In this document: piece after piece, positions 1 through 12,917 of the stretch
Layout of the letters: each line of letters begins with the position of its first letter
How positions within the stretch are numbered: the first letter of the stretch is position 1
NCBI GenBank assembly: GCA_003427395.1
Contig: BFEA01000044.1
Location: forward strand, 1,960,896 to 2,024,895
From: Chara braunii
Lineage: Eukaryota > Plantae > Charophyceae
Direction of reading: 5' to 3'
DNA length: 64,000 bases
Notes under the pieces: generated by a model
The model's database searches: none
Told to the model about the DNA's origin: nothing
Seen by the model: only the letters and a program-made list of their open reading frames with translations
Position numbers and translations under genes: made by a program

Positions 1-266
1 TTTGTCTTCTTCTTCAATCTCCTCCTTCCACTCTTCTTCTTTTCTCTCCTCAGTCCCTCCTTCTCTGTCCTCCCTTTCTCTCTCCTCCGGTACTCTGTGT
101 CAATGCTCCGCGGCTATGGCCGCCGTCTTCCTTCACCACCGGACTCCGCCGTCTCGCCTTCCAGGTAAGTGACAACCAATCTTGGATCGCTCATGTCTCT
201 CTCTCTCTCTCTCGCCGTAGCGGTATCTTCAGCGCAGCAGGTAAGTAACCAATCTTGTATCACTCA

Positions 267-313
<47 letters not shown>

Positions 314-1252
314 NNNNNNNNNNNNNNNNNNNNNNNNNNNNNNNNNNNNNNNNNNNNNNNNNNNNNNNNNNNNNNNNNNNNNNNNNNNNNNNNNNNNNNN
401 NNNNNNNNNNNNNNNNNNNNNNNNNNNNNNNNNNNNNNNNNNNNNNNNNNNNNNNNNNNNNNNNNNNNNNNNNNNNNNNNNNNNNNNNNNNNNNNNNNNN
501 NNNNNNNNNNNNNNNNNNNNNNNNNNNNNNNNNNNNNNNNNNNNNNNNNNNNNNNNNNNNNNNNNNNNNNNNNNNNNNNNNNNNNNNNNNNNNNNNNNNN
601 NNNNNNNNNNNNNNNNNNNNNNNNNNNNNNNNNNNNNNNNNNNNNNNNNNNNNNNNNNNNNNNNNNNNNNNNNNNNNNNNNNNNNNNNNNNNNNNNNNNN
701 NNNNNNNNNNNNNNNNNNNNNNNNNNNNGCACAAGCTGCTGAGGCAGCGCTTCCGCATGGCATCCGCAGGAATGAATGAATGGCTGGACGCAGCCTCTTG
801 ATTTATACTTCTGCGCTGCGTTGGTCTGCCCTGTATCCCTGGCCCATGGTGCACACAGTCCCCCCCGTGGTACTTGCTGGACCGGACTGGTACTTTCTAG
901 ACTCTCCCTTGACTGCATGGCGACGACCTTACGACGCAGTGCAGTTGCACTGGGGTCCTGCTGTTTGACCTCGCCACTTGTCCTCGTCTACAACGTGGGC
1001 TTGATTTAGTCACACCACTTGGCCACTTGCCTGCACCACTTGACCACTTGCCGACCTTCTAGAAGGACTGCAGCTAGACTTCTAATCTACAGGTCTACAG
1101 ATCGAATCCTGGCTACCTATAGACCTACGACAGACCTACTTACCACTGGCGGTTCTACAGGTCGCAGGTTCAATTCTTCGAGTTGACACAGGTATTGTAC
1201 ACAGGTAAGTTGGGGAACTAGGGATCGAGCCCTGGGATCTGCATCAGCTACT
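1..1252 (-). mobile_element. Partial gypsy LTR (family B), spanning assembly gap 314-728
   Basis: Reverse complement of 730-1250 matches the LTR at 11350-11860 (e.g. GAAGTATAAATCAAGAGGCxGCGTC, CATGCGGAAGCGCTGCCT). Reverse complement of 1-260 matches 12915-13040 (CAAGATTGGTTGT, GCCATAGC). Confidence 0.7.
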
Positions 1253-1317
1253 TCGAACTGGTGAATACTGTTTCATTTGGACTTTACCCAGACTAAATCT
1301 CCCACAGGAAACTGCGA

Positions 1318-1610
1318 GGGGACCGGCGAAGACCGCAATTGAAGCATGCATGACATATCAGAATTTTATGATTGTTATTTGCATGATTCTCTGCTGTTCA
1401 GAATCAAAATAAAATATTCCTAAGATTGGGGACCCGCGAAGACCGCAATTGAAGGGTCTCGCTCGAAGCCGGACGCACACAACAGGAAGGGATTTGCTTT
1501 ATTTAATTTATTTTATTTATTGCAAACATCATCAGCAAAATCCTGCGTGACGGCCTGTTGGCTTTCTGGTCGCCTGAAGAAGCCCGACTGGAAAAAGTGC
1601 GACAGCGGGC
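1318..1610. mobile_element. hAT-associated terminal-region fragment
   Basis: Near-identical direct copy of 53191-53446, which lies at the 3' end of the hAT transposase remnant. Confidence 0.65.
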
Positions 1611-1614
1611 CTAC

Positions 1615-1892
1615 CCCCACTACTTGAGTGTTTTCCTCGCTGCAACCCTCAAAGTCAAAGCCATAGGTAAGTACCGGCCCTGTGGGGCCTTTCAACCAAG
1701 TACCCTTGCGGGTCACACACACACTCAACCGACAAGCACTCAGACAGGCATGCAAACCAGCAGGAACGCACACACACACAGACTTGGAAACCACAACAGA
1801 ATGCGCGAATCTCAGCAAGGCATGCATTCCAGCGGCAAATCCCATAAATCAGCAGTGTTCTCAATTTGTGTTTTGGCGGGCCATTACATAAG
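1615..1892 (+). repeat. Dispersed repeat, unclassified (inverted copy at 24279-24637)
   Basis: CAGCAAGGCATGCATTCCAGCGGCAAA...AATCAGCAGTGTTCTCA and GGTAAGTACC match the reverse complement of 24279-24637. Confidence 0.6.
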
Positions 1893-1944
1893 TTTGCGGT
1901 TTTTGATCCACCGCCTAGGCAAAGACTGTGTCAGTAATTAGAGA

Positions 1945-2551
1945 GTTTTTCAATCATTGGGTCAAGGATTATGGGGACTCCTTGACCATTGTTAGTGACC
2001 GCGACACTAGGTTCACAGGTGAGCGCTGACAGCAATTGATGAACGTCCATGGGTCTAAGTTGGCTATGTGGTTACGCAGACACCTTGTTGAGGCTAATGG
2101 ACAGACCGAACAGATGAATAAAGTGCTGCAACAAGTGCTTCGTATGTATATTAGACCAGACCAGGAGGGTTGGGACGAGGATGTCCCTAAGGTAGAGGAT
2201 GCGTTCAACAACTCGGTACACTGAGAACATTAGAAAGGCCCAATATCAGATGATAGAACAAGATAACAGGCACTGCAGACCGTCATAGTTTGTTGTAGGT
2301 GACGTAGTCTGGATCATGTCCAATGAGTTCCTCATCGAGGGAGGCATATCGCAAAAGCTGTTGCCAGCGTATAGAGGACCTTGGCAAGTTCTCGACGTTA
2401 TTGGAGACGCAGACATTCTCTCCTACACAATTGAGATACCCCTACATCTGCATGCTTATCCCGTTGTCCATGCATCCAAGTTACTTCCCCGTATGACCAT
2501 TGACGAGTTCCCAACACGAAGGTCGATGATCCCACCTGATATGGATGGTAG
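1945..2551 (+). pseudogene. Gypsy integrase C-terminal fragment (family B-like)
   Basis: ANGQTEQMNKVLQQVLRMYI, YRGPWQV (GPY/F motif), YPVVHASKLLP, RRSMIPPDMDG. Homologous to 18530-19240, with stops and a deletion. Confidence 0.85.
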
Positions 2552-5500
2552 TATTATGAACATGGTTGTTCGTTGAATATTTGTCAAAGCTCACTCACAG
2601 GAACTCCCATACCCACCAATACATGCACAGAAGGAAGGGGAGAGGTAGTGGAGTGTCACACCGCCCAACAAAAGGAATGCAGCGGAAGACTCGGAAGGGC
2701 GAAGTGACAAAATACACAACACAGTGGATTCTCTCCACAGAAGTGCCAACAATCATTCATAGAAGACAACCGAGAGATCACAGCCAGAAATCATTGAAGA
2801 GATGACAACTCAGACACAACCGAGAGATCACAGCTTGAAATCATTAAAACTGTTTGTTAAACTTAGAGCATCATTTAACTGAATAACCTCAGGGGCCTGT
2901 TGCGCCTCAACCCCACACACTCTGAACGGCTAAAAATAGCATTAGAACCCCAGGTAACACCGGGCGCCATCTTGACATCCAACTCAGTGGCCTGCGCCAG
3001 TGTGAAACAGGCTCCCGGAGCCAATCGCCATTTAGATGATGAAGAAGAAGCCCAGCGTCAACAGTCTTTGATGAAGATGAAGTCCAGGCGATGATAATCT
3101 CCGAGAAGATGCAGCTAGGGCTGCATCGCCATTGGGACCCTACTCCTGAGGAGGGTCAGCAGTGCACCACGTGCTCCAACGCATCAGACCTCTTATAACC
3201 CAGACCGCTTTGACTCCCAAAGAGTCAGAGCAGACAGCGTTGACCCTAGTCTGGTCAGCGCTCAGCAGGTTCGGCTATGTCCGTTGTCTCTCACGCGTCA
3301 ATCAGTCACCACGACCTCATGCTGCGTGCGCAGCAACTTCCACCGCGAAGTATTGATTGCCAAAAGCCTTTGACCGATGCTCTCAACCTATCTATACTCT
3401 ACCTTGGCCTAGACTCGATGCAAACCAGATTGACTGACCGATCGGTACCGTTTCTGTTTCGGCCCCTTGGGCCTCTCACTACCCGGCTATAGGCTATAGG
3501 ACCGTCTATCAGCATAGGCCCTTAGGGCCTGTCTGTCCTAGGGGTAGCCCGGGTTTGCTATTTACGATAAGGGTAGCTGTAGGAAATTCGAGTTAGTATT
3601 GGCCTATATTTCCTCATATTTACAGATATGTCCCTCACGAATTTTCCTTACAGGTAGGTATTTCGGTTAGCCCTCAACCAAACAAAATTATGAATTTATC
3701 CCTACCTATGGTACAACCTCGTAAGAGAGAGGCTACAGACAACTTGGAACCAGCAAGCCATTGCAGACCCACCCTCCTCCGGAGCGAGGACCTCCGAGCT
3801 AGGGGCGTAGGCATGCAGAGTGTCGAAGGGATTCCCCCTTTTGCGCCGCCTCGTATCTGAGGATAACAAACTTTGTTGGTTTCAGAAGTTCCTTGCGAGC
3901 AAACAAGCGGTCCTAAGTATGGGGCTGGTATAGAAACGTCACAAGGTACTCCTTATTCGGGCCTGTCCCATACTCGTCCTCAACTGATTCCACCTCATAT
4001 CCCTTCCTAGGGATTGGGGCACCAAACTGAGGAGGCCTGTCTGGAAATGCATCAGTTGGGGTGAACGGTAACAACTTAGATGCATGGAAGACAGGGTAGG
4101 TTTGTAGATGCAGGGGGACATCCACATGATAGAATGGTTCGAAAGGATCCGCTCCCACTGTATATAAAACCTGCCATGGACCCATGTAGCGAGGCAACAG
4201 GTTGGGCGAAATGTCCTCTTCCCGAGATAACTAAGATCTGAGGACCCAGGCCTAGTCACCAGTGCGAATGGGGGATGGGAGAGGATGCTTGTTAGCCTGC
4301 CGAATCATAGCCTTTTGGGCTTTAAGCAGGTTAACTTTGGCTCGTTCGATAACCCTCTCGTACTGTCTGGTGAATGCTGCAGTCCCAGGCGTCAGTCTGG
4401 GGGTAGCCTTGTCGATGATATGATCGAGAGGCTGTCGTGGTTCACGACCCCAGTGCAACCGATAGGGGGTGAACCCTGTGGAAGAGAGTACTGACGTATT
4501 GTACACTAGCTGTGCCCGTCCTAGATGGAGATCCCAATCGTGTTGATCAGGGCTGATCATAGGACGCAGCAACTGGAAAAGGATCTGGTTCATCACTTCA
4601 GCTTGCACATTCGCTTCATGATGACGACCAGATGTCATGTCCAACCCGGAATGAAGTAGTCCTTACAATAGGACTGCCTCTCATTGCTGAAGAAACGCGG
4701 ATCTTGATCATTGACAATAGAGGTGGGTGGCCCATCGTGTGTGCCCCACCTGTTAGCAAAGGCCGCGTGTACGGTCGGGACCTTGGCTTCCTCTGGCAAC
4801 GGGATGAACTCTGCGTATTTAGAAAACCGGTCCACACATACCATGACCTGACACATACCGCGAGGAGTAGTCCTCCCTAGGTCAGTGAAATCAATAGACA
4901 CTGACTGTGCAGGTGCATCAGGAATGGGGAGTGGCTGCAGTAGGCCAAGGGGAGGTATGTGAACGACCTTGTTCGTTTTGCACAACTCACAGGTCTCAAC
5001 ATAATGCAGCAGATCACTCATCTCTGGCCAGAAGAACCGCTGCGACAGGGATGCTAACGATTTTAGGGCCCCAAAGTGGCAGTGAGCATCATGACACTCA
5101 TACATCATGAGTGTTCTCAGTTGGAGGTCCTGAGGGATGCACAAACGCTCCTCTCCTCTGCTGCAAGTATACAACAAATCTGAAACCAAAGTGTATCCTG
5201 GTTCAGATGCAGGATCAGTTTGCAGATTCCGAACAATAGGGCCAAAAATCGGGTCCTGTGGCAGTAACTGGGCATTGGTCTGACGGGTCCTCTACCCAAA
5301 GGTGTGAGTAGCGGAGATCGGATAGAGAGCGTCAGGTCTACGAGAAAGGGTGTCTGCTACATGATTGTAGCAGCCCTTCTTGTGTTTCAGTTCAAAGTCA
5401 AAGAGATCAATGAACTAAATATAACGAGCAAGCTTGTCATTCAGTTCCCCTTGGGTCTTCATCCATTGTAAGGTGAAGTGATCTGAATAGATCTTGAAGT

Positions 5501-5927
5501 GCCTGCCCATGAGGAAATGTTACCAATGCTTGAGCGCTGACACTAGAGCATACAACTCTTTCTCGTATGTAGAGTCCTGCAACTTCTTAACTTTGATCTT
5601 CTTACTCATGTACTCCACTGGCTGCAGACCATGCCCACTATCCTACGAAGGGTAAGGTAGGGTCAGGTAACTTCAGAACAGGTGCATTAAGGGCTCCTTG
5701 AGGCGTGTAAAAGCCTGCGGACAGTCTGATGTCCAAAGAAAGTGGGTGTCCTTCTTTGTGAGGTCAGTCAAGGGTGCAACAATAGAAGAAAAGTTCTTGA
5801 CGAACTTTCTGTAGTAGGAGGCAAGACCCAAGAACGACCGGACATCACGCATTGTGGTAGGTTGTGGCCAGTCTTGAATCGCAGCAACCTTAGTTGCTTC
5901 AGGAGCCAGCCCCTCTCCGGAGACTAT
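2552..5927 (-). mobile_element. 5'-truncated chromovirus (family D): RT end, RNase H, integrase, chromodomain, PPT, 3' LTR (2552-3765)
   Basis: VRSFLGLASYYRKF, zinc finger HDAHCHFG...CELC, SVSIDF/VDRFSK core, YMGPWQV, YEVESVEDEY...YLV chromodomain. PPT GGAGGAGGGTGGG precedes TGCAATG; the LTR end matches 7362-7379. Confidence 0.85.
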
Positions 5928-7379
5928 CCGGTCTTCCATGCATCCAAGCTGCTTCCCTTCGTTCCAACTGATGCATTCCCAGATCGGCCCCCCCAGTTTG
6001 GTCCACCGATCCCGGGTAAGGGATATGACGTGGAGTCCATGGAGGACGAGTGGGGCACTGGCCCCGACCAGCAGTATCTTGTAAAGTTTTGTTTCCAGCC
6101 TCATACCGAGGACAGGTGGTTGACCAGGAAAGAATTCTCAAGACAGCAAAGTGTGTAGTACTTTGTTACGAGGCGGCTCAGAAAGCAAAGTCTGTAGTAC
6201 TTCATTTCGAGGCGGCTCAGAAAGGGAACCTTCCTCGCCGATCTCCTCGTCTGTACCCTTAGCTTGGGGGTCCTCGCTCCCCGGGAGGGTAAGCCTGCAA
6301 TGACTTGCTGATTTCGTAATTGTGTTTGTGTCAGGGACTAACCGCCGGCCCAGTCCTAAGGGAAATTCGTGAGGGATATATCTGCAATTTACACGAAAAT
6401 TGCAGGTCTGAGTTCCCTTAGCTGTTACTGCCCTTAGCAGACCCGGGGCTACCACTAGGACAGCAGGCCCCTCTGGGCCTTGGGCTGTAGAGACGGTCTA
6501 GGCGTCGTATAGCAGGGTAGGGCCCAGGCCGAGGAGGCCAAACTGATGCGGTACCGGTCCAGTCCAGTAGGTCTAGGTCTAGAGTAGGCTGTCTATTAAT
6601 AGGACTGAGCCTGTAGTTGGACTTTTTGGCTTTTCATTTTTGCGATTTTCATTTTTGCGATGCAGCGTTGTGAGCCAAGCAAGTTGGTGGTGGTGATTGT
6701 CTACAGGCGGCATCCTGAGACCCTCACCGTGGACGGCAGCCATAGCCAGCCTTCTGGAGGTTGCCATAGCTAGGGCATCCACAGTGCATCTACCCCTGGG
6801 GGTATCTGCGTCTGGCTGGGCCAGACCAAGGCTCTTCACTGGGTACTCGTGGGTGGACCATTGTCACCCATCTCGCATCTGGAGATATTAGGGCTGGGTC
6901 AGTGTTGTGGCAGCCATAGCTGCTTGTTTCCTCGTCAGAGTTGTTCATCGGCGCTGAAGACGTCATCCCAGGACCTGTTCTTCATCTGGGCGGTTGGCGC
7001 TGGCCTCTAGGAGGCCTTCTCAGTGTTGCGCAACTAACTGGGTGTAGGGTAGAGAGTGGAGTGTGGAGTTCCGAGGGTGGCGAGATACTGAAATAAACTC
7101 TGTAACGATAATTGGTTAGAGTTGGCTCATCATCAGTGCAAATCCTATTGTTATCCTCGCAAGTGTCTTCTTCTGATTGGTTGTTGGGAGTATGGTCAGA
7201 GAGTGAGAATTATTGTCTCTCTCCCCCCATCTGTGCATGGTTGTGTTTCGCTGCTTACTTTAATCTGTGTGCAGTTTGGACTCTCTCCTCTCCCCCTCAT
7301 CTTATGCATGTATGGGCATGTTTGAGATTGTCTGTGTGTGAGTGGCGGTGAAAATCGTCAGACAACCAAGTTCATAACA
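5925..7379 (+). mobile_element. Family D fragment: chromodomain, PPT, 3' LTR (6296-7379)
   Basis: YPVFHASKLLPFVPTDAFPDRPPQFG...YDVESMEDEW...YLVKF. GGGAGGG precedes TGCAATG; the LTR ends GTTCATAACA. Diverged inverted homologue of 2552-4100. Confidence 0.8.
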
Positions 7380-7645
7380 GAGAGACCATGAGGCTGAGCG
7401 ATACAAGACCAGATAGAGCAAGAGGGGGGGAGAGAGAGAGAGAGAGGAAGTAGTAGTCAATTACATACTTGGGCCGAGTCTGGTTCGGTGTGAGCGACAT
7501 AGACCGCAGGTGACATGTTACACTTTCTTTGTATAACAAAGACAATTTGCGTTTCAACCTCTCGTGTGATTCTTGTGTCTCGGCTTCACTACCAAGTGTG
7601 AATATGAGGTTGAGGGTGCAGCATTGCGCTTGGGGGGGGGGAGGA

Positions 7646-8120
7646 CTGGGGAGTGACGGGCATCTCCGCGATTGCCCAGCCCCCAGGAGGGCACTGCCTC
7701 TTAAAAACGAAATTGGGTCATCTTGGACCCCATTTCTTGAGTAAAATGGGTGGAGGATCATCGTTACTAATCTTTGCAGAATAGCGGCGAAAACCGCCGC
7801 TCGTTTTTTTCATGATGTGGGTCCAACACGCCCGTTTTTTCAATTTGGCATTGGTAAGACCTGATGCTCGTTCACCCTCAGAGGACTGGGGAGTGACGGG
7901 CATCTCCGCGATTGCCCAGCCCCCAGGAGGGGACTGCCTCTTAAAAACGAAATTGGGTCATCTTGGACCCCATTTCTTGAGTAAAATGGGTGGAGGATAA
8001 CCGTTACTAATCTTTGCAGATCAGCGGCGAAAACCGCCGCTTGTTTTTTTCAAGATGCGGGTCCAACAGGCCGTTTTTTCAATTTGGCATTGGTAAGACC
8101 TGATCCTCGTTCACCCTCAG
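7646..8120. mobile_element. Tandem dimer of a ~236 bp MITE-like unit
   Basis: Units 7646-7881 and 7886-8120 are nearly identical. Each has imperfect TIRs CTGGGGAGTGACGGGCATC / GATGCTCGTTCACCCTCAG. Confidence 0.55.
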
Positions 8121-10026
8121 CAACGAGGGAAACACTATGCATTTAGTGTGGCTCGGTTGACATTATATGCTTCTGCGACGGCCCTACACTCTGGGTTAAA
8201 AAAACGGGTTCAGGTTTCGGAATAGTGAAGTCAGAGCTGCCCAATTTAATGGACCTAATTCTTTTCTCAATCTATCTAGAATGGAGCTCGTTCCACTACA
8301 TGTATCTGGACGGACAGCCAGGCAAGATACTTCCGGACTGATGACCCACCTTATGTAGGGCAAAACAAACAGAAAACGCTCTGCCAGCATGAGCTGAAAC
8401 CTGAACCCATAAAGGTTCGAACTATACTCTGGAAGAGCATGTTGGCAAGGACCTCCTCTCATCATATCTCATTCAAGCTCGTGGGGTATCACTGTCAGAT
8501 GGCCCAGTCCATGATACCTTATGGTGCTGAATTGAAGTTCTGGGGTCATGGGGGGCTCAGGTAAGTAAGCTTGCTCTGTCTGAATATTCTAATAACCCGG
8601 AATCCACCGAAAAAAAAAAAAAAAAAAAGCATTTGGGCATCTTTTTCGTAAAACCGGTTTCCCGATTGGAAAGGGCGAGCTCAACCGGCTGTTGCCGGCC
8701 GAGCCTTGTTGTGGAGATGTTAAAGTTGGAACGATAGAGAGGAGATTAGCACGGAGCCTGTGCAAGGATGAGACAATCGAGAAAACAAGTATGAGGATAT
8801 ATGGAGGACAAAGGAGGGTAGAGTGATGATAAGATAAGCAGAAGAGGGGACATACTCACTGTGGTAGACAATGATGATTCTGGACAAAGCGGAGGTGCAG
8901 AAGAAAGTAGGAACAGAGGATGAACCAGGAAGGGCAAATAAGTCCTGGAGGTCAAAGAACAAGAGGTGGAGAATAGGGGGAGGCAAAAGGCAAAAACAGG
9001 ATGAGACAGCGACTTAGTGGGATGGCTGTTGGTTAGCTGTGTGTCCATTTCTTTTTTCTGGAACCGCTGGATTGAAATTGAAAGCACAAATATATAAATG
9101 TAATCGAGGAGAGGAGGCTGAAGAGGAGGGAGCCGCTGAGCATGATGATGCGTGGTGGTACTTCTCAGTCAAAGAGTGATGCTGATGATTAATGTGGCTT
9201 ATCTTTAGATTGAGTTAGGGTATCTGTAGGCACAGAAGTAGTGCTTTTGGAAGTGCTGTCAGATTTGATAGTTAAGTCAAGATGACCTATGCATGGACCC
9301 ACTGAACTATCACGTCCAACTTTCTGATCCCCTTGGAGCTGTCTCAGTTGTGTACCTGTGCCTCCTGTCAGTACGTACCTATGCTGGAAGTGAACTACGC
9401 TGTTACTCGACAAAGTCCTTGTGTGGTGATATGCTGTTTTCGGGTTTCTTGTTTGTCACCACTTATTTCTCCTGTCGATATGCTGTTTAGATGTCCTCCA
9501 CAACTGTTGTTGCTATGTAAAAGGATTTCAAAAGGACCTATTCTAGACGGGGCTAAGTAACACTGAGCTGTGACTGACTTTGTCAAAGGGTGCAGATCAT
9601 GAAAGCATGTTAGAATGGAGATGCACAGTATTGGTGGCCGGTTCACTGTTTTTTTCTTTGGGAAGGGGGGGGATTTTTCTCCTAGAGAAGGCAACTTTCT
9701 TCCTTGCAATTTTCATGGGACTACATCGGAGTACTTTTATGTTCCTGGAATGTTATTTGCCATATGTCGAAAGTGAATCTTGTTGTACCAGATTGCTTAG
9801 AACTCCAGAAGGACGAGGTAGAGCTAGTAAATTCTGCTGTTATCATGTCAGATGGATGATAATATAATGAATATCATTAAGCTTGGACAATCAAAAGATG
9901 GTGGAAATAAGAGGATCTGCTCGCATTAGGTAACTTTGACTTCTTCGGAATGTTTTGCTGCCCTCTTATCAGATGAATAACGACTTCACTATGTATTTTG
10001 TTTATCTGCTGATACCTGCTGATCAG

Positions 10027-10247
10027 CCCTTACGCGGCTGGAGAGTTTGGATCTCTCCCACTGCCCTCGTGTTGGCGATGATGCCATTCCACATCTTCTG
10101 GCATTGCAGAATTTGGATTCTTTAAGCCTTGCGGAGACTTCTGTCAGTGGCAGTGGTGCAATGCAGCTGGCTGGTCTTCGAAACCTTGTGCGACTGGACC
10201 TTGGTGGTATTCATAGTGTCTCGGACTCCACAATTTTTTCTCTTCAG
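10027..10247 (+). CDS. Internal exon of a leucine-rich-repeat protein (At4g23840-like RNI-like LRR family)
   Basis: ag|...|gtaaac boundaries, phase 1 in and phase 0 out. LTRLESLDLSHCPRVGDDAIPHLLALQNLDSLSLAETSVSGSGAMQLAGLRNLVRLDLGGIHSVSDSTIFSLQ has three LxxLxL repeats and resembles the LDLSRCxKVTD...LDLGGLPVTD...SLQ exon I recall from land-plant homologues. Confidence 0.85.
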
Positions 10248-10496
10248 GTAAACAAATCTCCATCCCCATCTTTTTATAACTTCTTGTTGAGATGCACAGA
10301 AGCTTCCTGAAAACCTTTGCCTTGGGGATTTGATCTAGCTGGTTGTTGTCAAGGTGCTGGGATCTCACACAGATCCGTCTTTTGGTGACTTTCTTTGAGC
10401 CATCCCAATATTTGCCCAGCCCATGTACATGGGCAGTGTGCAGGAAAGTAGGAAGAGTGAGGTAGTGCATGGCCCTTAACTGTGGATAGTGTATCG

Positions 10497-11345
10497 TGTG
10501 AGGAACTAGCCCGCACATAGGCCGCTTGGTTGCGACCTGCCACTTCCCAAGGGCCCCCAGCAAGTATTGTGCCCGCCATAAGTGAAGGCGGGCCTGAATT
10601 CGACATGGGGTCCCCATTCTTTTTGCCATTTCTGCCTCGTTGGGCCCCTGATAGTTACCACACACCAGTTGGTTACACAAGCCCTGCTCGTGAGAATCAG
10701 CATCTTCTAGGAATCTTCTAGGTACCCCTGTGCCTGGACGTGGAGAATGGCCTCTCGGCCTATCAGGAAGCAAGGAACACGTCACAAGCCGATGGGGTGG
10801 TTGGACGCACCTTGAAACTGCATCCCAGGCAACTGTCTGAATGGGCCTGGAAGCAGACACTTTGGTCCAATGTTAAGCTACTGGGTCCCTGCACGCCAGG
10901 CCCAGCCCAGACAGAGTCGACGCTAACTTACCATACACAAAAGTGATTGCCCAGGCTGGGGATTCATTCTGGCCTGAGGAGGTAAGGCGGCCATACTGCT
11001 GATTTGTCTCCTGAAGCATGCTGTGCATGCACTGGCCAGCGGGCCCACTTCCATGTAGGAAAGTGAGTGCAGCACCCAGGCAGGGGATTCATTCTGGCCT
11101 GAGCAGAAATGTCGGCCGTACTGCTGCTTGGTCTCGCAAAGCATGCTGCGCGGCGGGCGCATGAGGTGAGAAGGGCGCTGCAGTGGCAGTGGGCGGACGG
11201 CGGCCATAGCAGGGCTGTGCGTGCAGAGACCGGTGTGGGTGATGGTGGTCTTCGGGTTTACGGGATGCACACTGTGGGGAGACGAGGGTTGATGAGAGGA
11301 GGGGAGGCACCTAACTGGTGTATGCTGGCTGAAACGGTTTTCACT
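10497..11345 (+). mobile_element. 5' portion of a family A-like LTR
   Basis: Starts TGTG. 11078-11330 is a close copy of 20250-20515 and is related to LTR 58440-58620. Confidence 0.55.
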
Positions 11346-12842
11346 TTGTGGTAGCAGTCGCAGTTCCCAGAGCTCGATCCCCAGACCTCGCCGTTACCCA
11401 TGTCCAGTAACAGTCGACCTGTGTGTGCTTGAACCCGCAACCTGTGTCTTGAAAGTCGCTGTTTGTTGCTGTAGGTAGCATGGTCATCGGGTCTTGAACC
11501 GTAGGTCTGTAGGATATAGCTCTTAGCAAGGGTAGGAGTCGTAGCTGCTACAATGTTGAAAGGTCAAGTTGTAGCTGCTACAGTACTGAAGGGTCAAGTC
11601 TACAATCTTTCGGAAGGCCTGGAACTGACCCCTCGTAGGCCAGTGGGCAAGTGCGGCGGACTAACTCCGCCCAGTCAGCGGTACCCAGTCCCAGTCGCAC
11701 TTTGTCAAGTCAGCAAGTACCATGTGGGACTGTGTGCACCCCGGGTCCGGAGTCCCAAGCGCAGACCATTGACTATCGGAAGTATAAATCAAGAGGCAGC
11801 GTCATGCCATTCACTCATTCTGCCTGTGAGCCATGCGGAAGCGCTGCCTGAGCGTTTTGTGCAAGGAGGTCTGCAGGTGCCCGTGGAGTAGAGGGCTAAG
11901 AGGGAGGAAGATTGGCCATAGCCGAAGGTGTTTGTAGTAGGAGGAAGATAACGGCCATAGCCGCCATGTCAGCATGCCAGTAGGATGCTAGTGTGAGAGA
12001 GAGAGTTGAGCGTGTATGTGTGTGTCGGGATAGGGAGATCCAGTGTGTTTGTACGAACAAGTGGTTGAGAGTGCACGGGTCGGCCATAGCCGGCCAAGAC
12101 AAGTTCGCTCACTTATCGATATTGCGTGCTCTGCTGCATCGCGCGCTCCGTTGTTCTAGCTGCGCGGGCATTGATCCCGCTGCGCGCCATCGTAATAGTG
12201 GAGGGCTAAGAGGGAGGAAGATTGGCCATGGCCGAAGGTGTTAGTAGTAGGAGATAGATAACGGCCAGAGCCGCCACGTCAGCATGCCAGTAGGGTGTTA
12301 GTGTGAGAGAGAGTTGAGTGTGTATGTGTGTGTCGGGACAAGGAGATCCAGTGTGTTTTTACGAACAAGTGGTTGAGAGTGCACGGGTCGGCCATAGCCG
12401 GCCAAGACAAGTTCGCTCGCTTATCGATATTGCGTGCTGTGCTGCATCGCGCGCTCTGTTGTTCTAGCTGCACGGGCATTGATCCCGCTGCGCGCCATCG
12501 TAATCGCGCGGCCCGATAGGTAGATCGCGTGCCAAAATCTGCACGCTAGACTTCCGCCGATTGTCGCTGTTGCCGCACGCTGCCTGCCGAGCGCACCCTC
12601 CGTTTTCCCATGCACCCACTTTGTTTGCGCGTGCCCTTCTAATCGCGCGTGCTTCATTGGCCGCTGCGTGCTGTTGTGTTTGCACGAGCCCGTTGCTACT
12701 TGGCCCTGCCAAAGAGCCGTTGAAGGTAGCCGCGTCTGAGGAAGGAAGACCCCGACGGCTGGAGAAGACCTCGCTGAAGGAGACCGCCACTGTACCTGCA
12801 AACAACGACAATAAGGAAGAAAGAAGAGAAGGACGNCAACAN

Positions 12843-12917
<75 letters not shown>

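Noticed and set aside
169-918. Long ORFs through N runs (also at ~29.5-30.9, 36.3-37.1, 40.1-41.0 and 43.3-43.8 kb)
   Set aside because: Artefacts of assembly gaps and microsatellites.
6260-6330. HDV-like ribozyme (hairpin with TCCTCGC, also at ~3779-3796 on the minus strand)
   Set aside because: P1 and P2 could not be built. It looks like a conserved hairpin just before the PPT.
8270-8566. Candidate upstream exon ending CAG|GTAAGT
   Set aside because: No LRR-like translation in any frame, and the one open frame near the donor has the wrong phase.
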